63,153 nucleotides of DNA from an uncultured Lachnospiraceae bacterium (GCA_964564225.1 CAZMAF010000001.1:78980-142132); one strand, 5' to 3'; positions 36,977 through 46,643 are shown, counted from the first letter of the stretch. Notes: generated from the sequence alone by a model not told the origin. Program-made: numbers and translations.

Positions 36977-38359
36977 ATGATCCTTTCTCCGGAAAATGTA
37001 ATGATGCATATCGAAGCGAAACAGTATTCTATATTGCGCACAGCGCTCAGTGAAGAAAATCCATTTGATATTGCCGCACTTTTATCTGAACTATCACCCG
37101 AAGCCGTATTGCTCGTATTCCGCATACTTTCGAAGGACGTTGCCGCCGAAACCTTCGTCGAAATGGATAGCGACAGTCAGGAGCTTCTCATACACTCTTT
37201 TAACGATAGCGAGCTTCGCTATCTCACCGACGAACTTTTTTATGACGATATCGTAGACTTGATCGAAGAATTACCCGCAGGTCTTGTTACAAGAATTTTA
37301 GCAAACGCAACTCCCGAAACCCGCTCTGCGATCAATCATCTGCTCAAATACTCATCCGATTCCGCAGGTGGCATGATGACGCTCGAATACGTCAAACTAA
37401 AACCCGCAATGACGGTCGAAGAAGCATTTGACACAATAAAACGCACCGGCATCGATAAGGAAACGATCTACACCTGCTACGTCACAGGACCTGCCAAGCA
37501 TCTGCTCGGTGTCGTCACCGTCAAGGATATGCTGCTCGCCCCTTCCTATTCCACAATGGAAGACATTATGGAAACCAATATCATCTCGGTTTCTACGCAA
37601 GACGACAAAGAATCGGTTGCCAATCTCTTTGTCGACTACGGATTTCTCGCCCTGCCCGTCGTGGATACAGAAAACCGCCTCGTCGGTATCGTTACCGTCG
37701 ATGATGCCATGGAAGTCATCTCCGAAGAAAGCGAAGAAGATATTCAGATCATGGCGGCAATCACACCATCCGATACGCCCTATCTTAAAACCTCAGTCTT
37801 TTCCATCTGGAAATCGCGTATCCCGTGGCTTCTGCTTCTGATGATTTCCTCCACCTTTACAAGCCTTATCATCAGCTCATTTGAAGATGCGCTCGCCGCC
37901 TCAATGGCGCTCACCGCCTTTATTCCCATGCTGATGGGTACGGGAGGCAATTCAGGCTCTCAGGCATCCGTTACCGTCATCCGCGCCCTCTCGCTCGACG
38001 AGATCAGTTTCAAGGACCTGTTCCGGGTCATTTGGAAAGAAACATGTGTCGGCTTCTTCTGTGCCATCACGCTCGCAGTCGCAAGCTTTATCAAGATCGT
38101 CTTGATTGATATTATGCTCCTGCCCAATAGTCCGATGACACTCTCCGCCGAGGGCATTCTCATTACCTCCGTCGTGTGTATCGCGCTCGCCGTCACAGTG
38201 CTTTGTGCTAAATTCATCGGCGCAATCCTTCCGCTCGTCGCTAAAAAGGTCGGCTTCGACCCCGCCGTTATGGCAAGCCCTTTTATCACAACCATCGTCG
38301 ATGCCCTTTCCCTGCTCGTCTACTTCTTCTTTGCACAAGCTTTAATTCCCGGACTCTGA
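36977..38359 (+). CDS. mgtE: Magnesium transporter MgtE
   Basis: 460 aa. N-domain, tandem CBS domains (LLGVVTVKDML, LVGIVTVDDAM) and a C-terminal 5-TM domain with GNSGSQ. Confidence 0.9.
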   Translation: MILSPENVMMHIEAKQYSILRTALSEENPFDIAALLSELSPEAVLLVFRILSKDVAAETFVEMDSDSQELLIHSFNDSELRYLTDELFYDDIVDLIEELPAGLVTRILANATPETRSAINHLLKYSSDSAGGMMTLEYVKLKPAMTVEEAFDTIKRTGIDKETIYTCYVTGPAKHLLGVVTVKDMLLAPSYSTMEDIMETNIISVSTQDDKESVANLFVDYGFLALPVVDTENRLVGIVTVDDAMEVISEESEEDIQIMAAITPSDTPYLKTSVFSIWKSRIPWLLLLMISSTFTSLIISSFEDALAASMALTAFIPMLMGTGGNSGSQASVTVIRALSLDEISFKDLFRVIWKETCVGFFCAITLAVASFIKIVLIDIMLLPNSPMTLSAEGILITSVVCIALAVTVLCAKFIGAILPLVAKKVGFDPAVMASPFITTIVDALSLLVYFFFAQALIPGL

Positions 38360-38378
38360 TACCAAAAACTTCACACCC

Positions 38379-38411
38379 AAAAGGAGCTTTTCCGTCAGCG
38401 AAGCTCCTTTT
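38379..38411 (+). terminator. Terminator of mgtE
   Basis: AAAAGGAGCTT...AAGCTCCTTTT. Confidence 0.7.
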
Positions 38412-38609
38412 CAATTTAGTAGAATATCCTCAAAAAACCTTCAATTTTAACTTAATTGCCATAAAAAACAAATCCGTGGCAATAGTATAATAGAGGCAAT
38501 AATCGAAAACGTCAAACATCCTGTAACATACCGACCGTACAAAAAACTATCATTTTTTATTGAACGAACCATCGAGATGTTGACTCGTCAACTTTTTTCT
38601 TAAAATCTA

Positions 38610-38638
38610 TTGACAATTTCCGGAAAATCCTGTATAAT
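38610..38638 (+). promoter_or_regulatory. Consensus promoter of the acyl-CoA ligase gene
   Basis: TTGACA at 38610-38615, a 17-nt spacer, and TATAAT at 38633-38638. Confidence 0.6.
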
Positions 38639-38678
38639 AAAGAAAACTATCCCAACCACACCAAGAAAGGTACGGATT

Positions 38679-40376
38679 ATGAAATATAAAAGTAATAAGG
38701 TTTATGAGATCCGCGACGTTCACTCGATCCGAGATATCTTTGAATCGGCGTGCGAACTCTATCCCGACAATATTGCTTTTTTGAGAAAAAGCAATGATAT
38801 AATTGAAGAAATCACCTATGCACGCACACACAACGAAACCGTTGCACTTGCCACCTACCTGAACGACATCGGCCTTTCCGGAAAAAAAATCGCCGTTATC
38901 GGTCAGAACTCGTACGAATGGTCAATCACCTATCTCGCAGTCACCTGCGGCGTCGGTATCATCGTTCCCTTAGATAAGGAATTAAAACCTGACGAGATCA
39001 CATATCTCTCGAGCGATTCCGGCATTGCAGCCATCGTCTATTCAGAAGAAGTAACCGAAAAACTTAACGGCATCGCCCCCTCGGTGCTTCGTCTGCCGAT
39101 GAGTCAATTCCGTGAATACTGTGCGAAAGGCAGTGAGTTACTTGAAAACGGCGATACTACCTACCGCGATTACACCTTTGATCCTGATGCGATGAGCGTT
39201 CTCATCTACACTTCCGGCACAACGGGGCTCGCCAAAGGCGTTATGCTCAGTCAGACAAACATTGCCTTTGATGTGCATAGCACCCTGCTCCGCATCCGCG
39301 TATACGAAAACGACCGCACACTTTCTATTCTTCCCCTCCACCACACATATCAGTGCATGGCAGGATTTCTCGTCTTCATCTACTCGGGCGCGAGCATCGC
39401 TTTCATCGAAACAATCCGCCATCTCCAGCAGGATATGCTCACCTATCAGCCCACTGTCTTCATCGCTGTCCCCCTCGTTCTCGAATCTTTCCTGAAAGCC
39501 ATTCAGAAAAAATATTCAAAAATTTTTGCAGGTAATGCCGTTTTCACAACGCAAAAAGCCATTTCCTCGCTCTTTAAGCTTGCGCCTTCCGTATCAAAAG
39601 GCATCTTTACTTCGGTCAACAAGGCGCTCGGCGGCAAGATGCGCGCCATTCTCTGCGGTGCTGCCGCCCTTTCCCCCGAGATTTACCGTGCCTACGAAGC
39701 TTTCGGTCTTCGCGTATTCATTGGCTACGGTCTTACAGAAACCTCCCCCGTGTCTCTCGTTCACAACGACTTTTACACCTCGCCAAACGACGTCGGTTAT
39801 CCCATTGAAGGCGTACAGGCAATGCTCGTCAACGTTAACGAAGAAGGCGTCGGTGAGCTGATCCTCAAAGGAAAAAACGTAATGCTCGGCTACTACAACA
39901 ATCCCATCGAAACTGCAAAAGTCTTAAAAGACGGCTGGTTCTATACAGGTGACCTTGCCCGCATGAATAAAAACGGCAGCTTTTCAATCACAGGCAGAAC
40001 CAAGAGTATGATCGTTATTCAAAGCGGCAAAAAAATCTTTCCCGAGGAACTTGAATACGACCTTGAAAAAAGTCCCTTGATCAAAGAAGCTCTCGTCTTT
40101 GGCCATGACGAAGAAGACGGCACAACGCAGGTTGCCGCCTCGATCTATCCCGATTACGAAAAGATCGAGCTGGAAATGGGCAAACAACACCCGCCAAAAG
40201 ACAGTGACGAATACAAACAACAGGTACTTGATATTATCAGTAAGATCGTGCGCGACGTCAACCGCCGCGTTCCGCATTATAAGTGCATCCGCAAGATCAT
40301 TATCAAGAAAAACGAATTTGAAAAAACCTCAACCCGTAAAATCAAACGCATCCCCTCAAATTACCGCGAGGACTGA
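38679..40376 (+). CDS. Long-chain-fatty-acid--CoA ligase (AMP-binding enzyme)
   Basis: Start MKYKSNKVYEI. The AMP-binding motifs are YTSGTTGLAKGVMLS and GYGLTETSP. Confidence 0.85.
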   Translation: MKYKSNKVYEIRDVHSIRDIFESACELYPDNIAFLRKSNDIIEEITYARTHNETVALATYLNDIGLSGKKIAVIGQNSYEWSITYLAVTCGVGIIVPLDKELKPDEITYLSSDSGIAAIVYSEEVTEKLNGIAPSVLRLPMSQFREYCAKGSELLENGDTTYRDYTFDPDAMSVLIYTSGTTGLAKGVMLSQTNIAFDVHSTLLRIRVYENDRTLSILPLHHTYQCMAGFLVFIYSGASIAFIETIRHLQQDMLTYQPTVFIAVPLVLESFLKAIQKKYSKIFAGNAVFTTQKAISSLFKLAPSVSKGIFTSVNKALGGKMRAILCGAAALSPEIYRAYEAFGLRVFIGYGLTETSPVSLVHNDFYTSPNDVGYPIEGVQAMLVNVNEEGVGELILKGKNVMLGYYNNPIETAKVLKDGWFYTGDLARMNKNGSFSITGRTKSMIVIQSGKKIFPEELEYDLEKSPLIKEALVFGHDEEDGTTQVAASIYPDYEKIELEMGKQHPPKDSDEYKQQVLDIISKIVRDVNRRVPHYKCIRKIIIKKNEFEKTSTRKIKRIPSNYRED

Positions 40377-40400
40377 TTCAAATAACGAAAGGATACCGCT

Positions 40401-40667
40401 ATGAACGATAAACACCTTCACAAATTAAAAAATCTCGTGATGATCACCACAGGAACGATCGTATCTCTTGCCGGAATCGCATATATTGCCGTACAGTACA
40501 GCAAGCTTCTTACAACAATCTTTCTGAAAAACGAAGACGAAGACGATACCCTCCGCTATGACGAACGTCTGAATTCCCGCTTCCGTCAGGTAGAAAACGA
40601 AGAAGGAACGCCCCCTGACCTCCTTGATGACGACGATCTTTCAATTGAAATCGAAGATGCGGAATAA
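40401..40667 (+). CDS. Small membrane-anchored protein with an acidic tail
   Basis: 88 aa. One TM helix (VMITTGTIVSLAGIAYIAV) and a D/E-rich C-terminus. Confidence 0.5.
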   Translation: MNDKHLHKLKNLVMITTGTIVSLAGIAYIAVQYSKLLTTIFLKNEDEDDTLRYDERLNSRFRQVENEEGTPPDLLDDDDLSIEIEDAE

Positions 40668-40747
40668 TTACACCGAATTATCTGACAGTAACAGCCGCAT
40701 ATCAACCGCGCTTGCCACTATATAACAAAGATTTCCGAGAATATCAT

Positions 40748-40790
40748 GTAACGAAAAGCTCCCTTGCTTAGCAAGGGAGCTTTTCGTTAC
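40748..40790. terminator. Bidirectional terminator (20-bp perfect palindrome)
   Basis: GTAACGAAAAGCTCCCTTGC-TTA-GCAAGGGAGCTTTTCGTTAC, placed between convergent genes. Confidence 0.8.
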
Positions 40791-40842
40791 ATGAATTATC
40801 AATATTGATATGGAATTGTCAAACCTTTCTCAAAAAACAATA

Positions 40843-42009
40843 TCAACCGATTCCAATGAACAAAGAAGGATTTCCGTCTGTCAAAAGAACCAAAAGCGCA
40901 AGCAATGCTGTCAATCCAAGCCCCAGGAGTACCGCAAAAAAGACCCGCCAAGGCGAGATCGGCGCTCTGCCGCCCACTCTGCCCGTCTGTCCGTTTACCA
41001 TAAAATAATACGCTTTATTACGATACGTAAAATGCGACATCCACACAGGAAGCATCAGATATTTATACGAAATATCCCGATATCGTGTATGCACCGTCAG
41101 GTCGGCAACACGGTCGGCGCGATGTCGACGTCTTATCTCGGACGAAATTGAACTTTGAAGCATCGTCGAAATTCCCGAGCGAGCTCCCGCCCACGCATCT
41201 TCAAGTCCCACCGAATACCGCTCTGCCGCAAAACCGGAAAGATATTCCGGCTTATATACGATACTGCTTTCGGTATCGAAAGGCTCGATTTTTGAAAGAA
41301 GTCCCGCATTATGCCGTGTTGTACCTTTGATCAGGAAATCATTAAAAAACTCCGAATAATGACCGTTCGTATGATACCATCTGACGTAGGTTTCGGTACG
41401 GCGGTTTTTACCGCTCCCCACTGTTCTCGTATGAACGATACCGTAACGCGCCGAGTAACGCGACTCGGTCATTGCATCAAATGTCCAATACGGCAAATAA
41501 ATACCGTTCAGGATAACACGCCCCGCATCCTTTTTTATACGCGACGGACAAAATAAACGGCGCTTGATCCACAGTCGGAAATTATCCTCGGCACGCTTTG
41601 AATCTACTGAAAAAGGGCAAATACCGCCCGGCGCAAGCGTATTGTCATCAGCCGCCTCCATGATCTGATTAGAGCCGCAATACTGACAAACACCCGCTGT
41701 TTCCAAGGCATCATAAAGGGTTTCAGCAGCGCAGTTCTTACAAATAACAACCTTTTTGGCAACGCCCCAGTCACAGCTGCCGCGTACGAGCGCCTCGTCA
41801 AAAGAAAGCTCCTCGCAAAGATCGGCCACACTTTCGTCCTCAATGGAAACCGTGGTTTCACAGTAAGGGCAGTAAAGACAGTTCGTCTTTGGATCAAAAA
41901 CCATGGTTGCATCACAGGCAGGACACTTTTTATCGGTTTTATCGAGCGTTAAAGCAATCGAAGTCTCTTCGAAACCTTCATTTTCCCGAGAATTGAAATC
42001 TGTCTTCAT
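40843..42009 (-). CDS. Zinc-ribbon protein with a C-terminal TM anchor (B. subtilis YdjG-like?)
   Basis: 388 aa. Three CxxC pairs (CPACDAT...CPYCET, CKNC...CQYCGS) and a C-terminal hydrophobic helix FFAVLLGLGLTALLALLVLL. This is the last gene of the 5-gene operon. Confidence 0.6.
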   Translation of the reverse strand: MKTDFNSRENEGFEETSIALTLDKTDKKCPACDATMVFDPKTNCLYCPYCETTVSIEDESVADLCEELSFDEALVRGSCDWGVAKKVVICKNCAAETLYDALETAGVCQYCGSNQIMEAADDNTLAPGGICPFSVDSKRAEDNFRLWIKRRLFCPSRIKKDAGRVILNGIYLPYWTFDAMTESRYSARYGIVHTRTVGSGKNRRTETYVRWYHTNGHYSEFFNDFLIKGTTRHNAGLLSKIEPFDTESSIVYKPEYLSGFAAERYSVGLEDAWAGARSGISTMLQSSISSEIRRRHRADRVADLTVHTRYRDISYKYLMLPVWMSHFTYRNKAYYFMVNGQTGRVGGRAPISPWRVFFAVLLGLGLTALLALLVLLTDGNPSLFIGIG

Positions 42010-42024
42010 TCCCTACCCCCGATG

Positions 42025-43416
42025 TCAAACCAGATCGTTTGTATCAAACAGATCTCCACATTCGGGACAGAATTTCGGAGGCTTCGTAGGGTCTGCCGGC
42101 TCCCAACCGCACTTGTCACAACGGTAAATCAGCGCACACTCAGGCTTTTTTGCGCCGCATTGGGCACAAAATTTACCGGTATTGACCGCACCGCAAGCGC
42201 AAGTCCAACCAATCTTTGCATCATCGGGCTTTTTCGCACCGCAATTCTGACAGAATTTACCGTAATTCTTATTACCGCATATACAAATCCAGCTTGCCGC
42301 CGCCTCAGGTTTTTTCGCACCGCAGCTATGACAGAATTTACCCTTGCATACCGTGCCGCATGCACAGGTCCACTCATCTGCGGAAGGTGCCTGCGCGGCG
42401 GGAGCTGCCGTATTCATCTGATAGAAATTCTGCGCCGCAGCACCGCCTGTGCCCGACACCATATTCATCGCCGCAAAACCCATCATCGCGCCCGTACCGG
42501 TATTTTTAGCAGCATCCTGCATCGCCTGTGCCTGCGCACCGACGAGCGTTGCGCCCGCCATTCTGGGATCGCGATACACTGCGTTGCGCTGAAGCTCCTT
42601 AATCATCTTCTCATCCGCCTCTGGCGCCGTTACCGAATTAACACCAAAAGAATATACACGAATGCCACGAAGTTCACTCCACTTTTTCGACAGTACCTCG
42701 TTAAGTGCGTCAGCAAGCTCCATTGTATGACCGGGCAAGGCACTGTAACGGATACCCATTGCCGAGATTTTCGCAAAAGCAGGCTGAAGCGCCGTCATCA
42801 GCTCGCTCTTTAACTGCGAGTCAAGGGTATAACGCAAAAAATCCCCCTGCACGTTTGCACAAACGTTCGTATAAAACAAGATCGGATCAGAAATTACATA
42901 AGAATACTCACCGTGACAACGAATTTCAATATCCATATCAAGACCGATATTGGTATCGACCACACGAAACGGAATAGGACTTGCCGTTCCGTATTTATTA
43001 CCCGCAATCTCTTTCGTATTCAGAAAATACACTCTTTGATCCTTACCTGTGTCACCGCCAAAGGTAAAACGCTTACCGATAGTTTTAAAAGAATCAAGAA
43101 TACCCTTACCGAATCCTCCGTAAAAAACGCTCGGTTCAGTAGAAGAATCGTAAACATATTCACCGGGCTCGGCGCAAACCTCAGCAACCTTGCCTTGATC
43201 CACGATGATCATACACTGCCCTTCATTAACAGCAATAACCGAACCGTTGGTAATAATATTGTCTTCCCCTTTTCTGTTTGAGGAGCGACGAGAGGTGCGT
43301 TTCTTTCCCTTCGTCACAAGCACATCTCTACTCATCGACTCACAATATATATATTCCTTCCACTGATCGCCAAGAACGCCACCCGTAGCCCCGGCTAAAG
43401 CTTTAATCAATCCCAT
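42025..43416 (-). CDS. SPFH/band-7-like protein (COG4260, YdjI-like) with four C-terminal zinc ribbons
   Basis: 463 aa. The N-terminus MGLIKALAGATGGVLGDQWKEY is typical of the virion-core-protein-like SPFH family. The C-terminus has 3x W-x-C-x-CG-x5-GKFC-x2-CGAKKP plus one variant. Confidence 0.65.
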   Translation of the reverse strand: MGLIKALAGATGGVLGDQWKEYIYCESMSRDVLVTKGKKRTSRRSSNRKGEDNIITNGSVIAVNEGQCMIIVDQGKVAEVCAEPGEYVYDSSTEPSVFYGGFGKGILDSFKTIGKRFTFGGDTGKDQRVYFLNTKEIAGNKYGTASPIPFRVVDTNIGLDMDIEIRCHGEYSYVISDPILFYTNVCANVQGDFLRYTLDSQLKSELMTALQPAFAKISAMGIRYSALPGHTMELADALNEVLSKKWSELRGIRVYSFGVNSVTAPEADEKMIKELQRNAVYRDPRMAGATLVGAQAQAMQDAAKNTGTGAMMGFAAMNMVSGTGGAAAQNFYQMNTAAPAAQAPSADEWTCACGTVCKGKFCHSCGAKKPEAAASWICICGNKNYGKFCQNCGAKKPDDAKIGWTCACGAVNTGKFCAQCGAKKPECALIYRCDKCGWEPADPTKPPKFCPECGDLFDTNDLV

Positions 43417-43447
43417 ACCGTAAATTCCTTTCGTTCTTTATGTAATA

Positions 43448-43924
43448 TTACTGAAAACCGATTTCCTGATGAAATTCATCAAGAGAAATCAACCCGCGGC
43501 TCAGCATTAACAGCTTGTCGTTATAACGATCGACCGTCATAACGGAACAGCGGATCATATAATCGAGAAGTTCAATACCGATCTCGCTGTCAAGATAGTT
43601 AGCCGTCATACGAAACAAAACCGAACCGTTTGGAATATCGTAATCAAACGAACCGTCGGCAAGACGGTAGTTAACCGACGACAACGCAACGGCAAGCTCA
43701 GACACCTTTTCCGCCTCTACCGAAAAAGGCAATGGCGAATACAGCGCCACAATCTGCCTTTCCTCGCTGACAGCCATCGAAAAACGCATCGGGATATCCT
43801 TGCCCGAAACCGTAAAATCAATCTGTCTGTCACTCACCGAATCGTAAGAATACCGCAATGCTTCCATTGCGCGGCAAATCCCATCAAATACCTTTTTGGA
43901 AGCCGCCTGCAAAGCTTCATTCAT
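43448..43924 (-). CDS. YbjN-like (T3SS-chaperone-like fold) protein, paralog 2
   Basis: 158 aa. With its neighbour it shares LPF-V...VN..L..GSFDY...FRM..Y...TVD-YNDKLL...ISL-EF. Confidence 0.5.
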   Translation of the reverse strand: MNEALQAASKKVFDGICRAMEALRYSYDSVSDRQIDFTVSGKDIPMRFSMAVSEERQIVALYSPLPFSVEAEKVSELAVALSSVNYRLADGSFDYDIPNGSVLFRMTANYLDSEIGIELLDYMIRCSVMTVDRYNDKLLMLSRGLISLDEFHQEIGFQ

Positions 43925-43936
43925 AAAAAAACCTCC

Positions 43937-44413
43937 TTACGTCCCGATCTTCTTGACAAATTCACTCAGCGAAATACTGCCAAGCGAATACAGAAGAAGC
44001 TTATCGTTATATTGATCCACTGTCAAAAACGACATCATGATCATACGGTCAAACGCCAATTTGGAAAGCACACTGCCCCGATAGCTTGATGCCATCCGAT
44101 AAAAAAGCAACCCTTTTTTATAGTGATAGTCAAAAGAGCCCTCCCCAAGAAACGCATTCACATAACTGATTGCCTGCGCCATTTCCACGCGGCGTTCCTC
44201 GGGTACGGTAAACGGCAGATGCGAGATCATTGTCACGATCCGTTTATCCCTATCGCAACAAATATCAAGCTCCATAAAAAGGTCCTGACCGTTCGCCTTA
44301 ACGTTTAATCTGAAATTATCTTTGTCCTTTTCATAATACCAATGGCGCTCGTCTAAAGCTGCGCAAAGCGCATCAAACGCCATCTCGGTTTGGTGTAAAC
44401 TATCCTGTCCCAT
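43937..44413 (-). CDS. YbjN-like protein, paralog 1
   Basis: 158 aa, the same length and block structure as 43448-43924. Confidence 0.5.
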   Translation of the reverse strand: MGQDSLHQTEMAFDALCAALDERHWYYEKDKDNFRLNVKANGQDLFMELDICCDRDKRIVTMISHLPFTVPEERRVEMAQAISYVNAFLGEGSFDYHYKKGLLFYRMASSYRGSVLSKLAFDRMIMMSFLTVDQYNDKLLLYSLGSISLSEFVKKIGT

Positions 44414-44431
44414 AACAGCTCCTCCTTATCC

Positions 44432-46480
44432 TTACGGCATAAAACCGATCGGTCGTTTCTTTTTCTGATTCATCACGTTAAATTCACCGTCTTGTGTCGA
44501 AAGCTCGAAATCCACTCGGGTCAGAACAACGGCGGCGTTACCCTCCATCTGACAGCGCAAGGCGGCCTTTGCCCAAACCCGCTCGTAAAGATTTCGTACA
44601 AACCGTCCGTTAGCAAATTCTTTTGCCATGATCATAGCTTCAGGAAGCGTTTCAAAATACTCCCTTGCTACGCAAAGAAGTTCTTCATCACAAGTAAAGT
44701 CGCGTCTCGCCATCGACTCAAAAATCAAATACAGCTCCTCGCGCGTGAAATTCGGAAATTCCACCGTATACGGTATTCGGCTGGCAAGACCGGCATTGCC
44801 TTTCATCATCGTTGCCATATCATCGGTATACCCTGCCATAATGACCAAGAAATCCGAGCGGTGATTTTCCATCTCTGCCACCAACGTGTCAAGTGCCTCG
44901 CGTCCAAAATCGCGCGGATCATCAGGACCGCGATAAAGAGAATACGCCTCATCAATAAAAAGCACCGAGCCATATGCATCACGACAAATTCCGGCTGTAC
45001 GCGGCGCAGTTTCACCGATATACCTTCCTACGAGATCCCTTCCCGAGAACTCATAAAAGCTACCAATCTGTAAAACACCCTTTTCTTTTAAAAGCTTGCC
45101 GATGATTCGCGCCACCGTCGTTTTGCCCGTACCGGGATTACCGATAAAACGCATATGAATACACGGTGATTTCAACGACTGCTTACGCGCTGTTACGATC
45201 TGAGAAACAATCTCATCGATGCGCTTCTTAATATGTGATGCGCCAACAAGACCGTCGAGAAGCGCCTCTGCCGATTTTTCAGTTGTCGGCTTCGTCAGAA
45301 TATTCTTCATATCCTGCTTGCCAATCACCTTACAGGAATCAGCACGGCGCGCATTGGAAAGCTGTTTATTATAAAGCAGCTCGCGCACCACCTTATGTAC
45401 GGTATTCGCGCCGTAAAATCTGCCGTCACTTTTTTCCTCACAAAGCTTTTCATCAAAAAGCTCCCAAGCCGCTCTCGACATCGAAAAACCGAACTCCGAA
45501 AGCGCTTTATCGGCAATCTGACGAAGCTCCTTCTTTGTAAAAGGCGGGAAACTGACTGAACGTACAAACATCACGTCATTCAGAACCGCATACAAAGAAG
45601 CAAGCACCTCTTTATCCACATAAGGAATGCGAAAAACGATCACATAGCCATCCGCTTTCGCCGTGTGCTGTAAAAACTCCTTAAACTCGTGACTTGAAGC
45701 CGCGCTGATCCATTCGCTGATATCAATCGACAAAATATGCACAAAATGCGCATCGCCCTTGTCATATTTTTGATATATCAACGAAAACGGATCAGGCGTA
45801 CGGGAAGTAGTCCGCGGAAGCTTCATTTCAATAACGTCACCATAACTGCTCATTTTCATAAAATCAAGCGACCGGAAAAGCGTATGCATACAGTTCAGTA
45901 CCGTCGTATATCCGCAACCGTCATTGATCGCAAACAAGTACGCCCGCCGTTGTAAACATTGTGCCGTTCTGTTTTTGGCAATTTCTGAGGCAACTGTCAG
46001 AATCTCGTCGCAAAGAGCCTTGAATTCCTCTGCACCGACAAGGTTCTGCACCGTTTGGCGCGCAATCTCCATCTTTTCATCCAGTTCCATCTTTCGTCGT
46101 TTCTTTCTTCTCTTGGGAATGGGACCTTCTCTGGGCGGCGTATACTCCCCCGATTGTTCAAGCATATCCAATATATCCAAAAACTGCCGAGGAGTCTTTT
46201 GGCAATCAATCGGCATTACCTGAAGCGTTACCCCTACTCTTGCAATATTGTACTTTTCCCATAAAAACGACAGAATCTCTTCCGACAGCTCCTCGGTATT
46301 CACAAGAGATTGAGCATAATAAACCGTAAGCTCGCGCGCATCCGCATATTCAAACCACGTAGCTTTCGGATAAAGCAAATGAATCTCGCGAAGCAAAGCG
46401 TCAATCGGACGTTTTTTCTTTTCTGCCATCAAAGCAACCGTTTCATCCGAAAGTACAATACTCATCATTACAATTTCCAA
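44432..46480 (-). CDS. AAA+ ATPase of the CbbX/SpoVK/EccA type with a ~400-aa uncharacterised N-terminal region
   Basis: 682 aa. Walker A GNPGTGKTTVARIIG, Walker B VLFIDEAYSL and the CbbX-like C-terminal blocks LVIMAGY and NGRFVRN. Confidence 0.8.
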   Translation of the reverse strand: MEIVMMSIVLSDETVALMAEKKKRPIDALLREIHLLYPKATWFEYADARELTVYYAQSLVNTEELSEEILSFLWEKYNIARVGVTLQVMPIDCQKTPRQFLDILDMLEQSGEYTPPREGPIPKRRKKRRKMELDEKMEIARQTVQNLVGAEEFKALCDEILTVASEIAKNRTAQCLQRRAYLFAINDGCGYTTVLNCMHTLFRSLDFMKMSSYGDVIEMKLPRTTSRTPDPFSLIYQKYDKGDAHFVHILSIDISEWISAASSHEFKEFLQHTAKADGYVIVFRIPYVDKEVLASLYAVLNDVMFVRSVSFPPFTKKELRQIADKALSEFGFSMSRAAWELFDEKLCEEKSDGRFYGANTVHKVVRELLYNKQLSNARRADSCKVIGKQDMKNILTKPTTEKSAEALLDGLVGASHIKKRIDEIVSQIVTARKQSLKSPCIHMRFIGNPGTGKTTVARIIGKLLKEKGVLQIGSFYEFSGRDLVGRYIGETAPRTAGICRDAYGSVLFIDEAYSLYRGPDDPRDFGREALDTLVAEMENHRSDFLVIMAGYTDDMATMMKGNAGLASRIPYTVEFPNFTREELYLIFESMARRDFTCDEELLCVAREYFETLPEAMIMAKEFANGRFVRNLYERVWAKAALRCQMEGNAAVVLTRVDFELSTQDGEFNVMNQKKKRPIGFMP

Positions 46481-46520
46481 AAAAACACCTTCTTACCACA
46501 ACACACACATATACAAGTGT

Positions 46521-46549
46521 ATTATAGCATAAAGTCCCGAAAATTGCAA
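46521..46549 (-). promoter_or_regulatory. Promoter of the AAA+/YbjN/SPFH operon (TTGCAA-17-TATAAT)
   Basis: On the minus strand, TTGCAA lies at 46544-46549 and TATAAT at 46521-46526 with a 17-nt spacer, about 40 nt upstream of the ATG. Confidence 0.6.
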
Positions 46550-46552
46550 TAT

Positions 46553-46599
46553 ATCATTTGTCCTTTCATGAAAAACATCATTTGTCCTTTCATGAAAAA
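46553..46599. promoter_or_regulatory. Two tandem 23-nt direct repeats, each containing the palindrome TTTCATGAAA (operator-like)
   Basis: ATCATTTGTCCTTTCATGAAAAA occurs at 46553-46575 and again at 46577-46599, immediately upstream of the -35 box. Confidence 0.7.
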
Positions 46600-46636
46600 A
46601 CCGCCTATCGGTTTGAATAAGCCGATAGGGCGGTTT
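46598..46636 (-). terminator. Terminator of the alcohol dehydrogenase gene
   Basis: AAACCGCCTATCGG...CCGATAGGGCGGTTT. Confidence 0.75.
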
Positions 46637-46643
46637 AAAGTCA

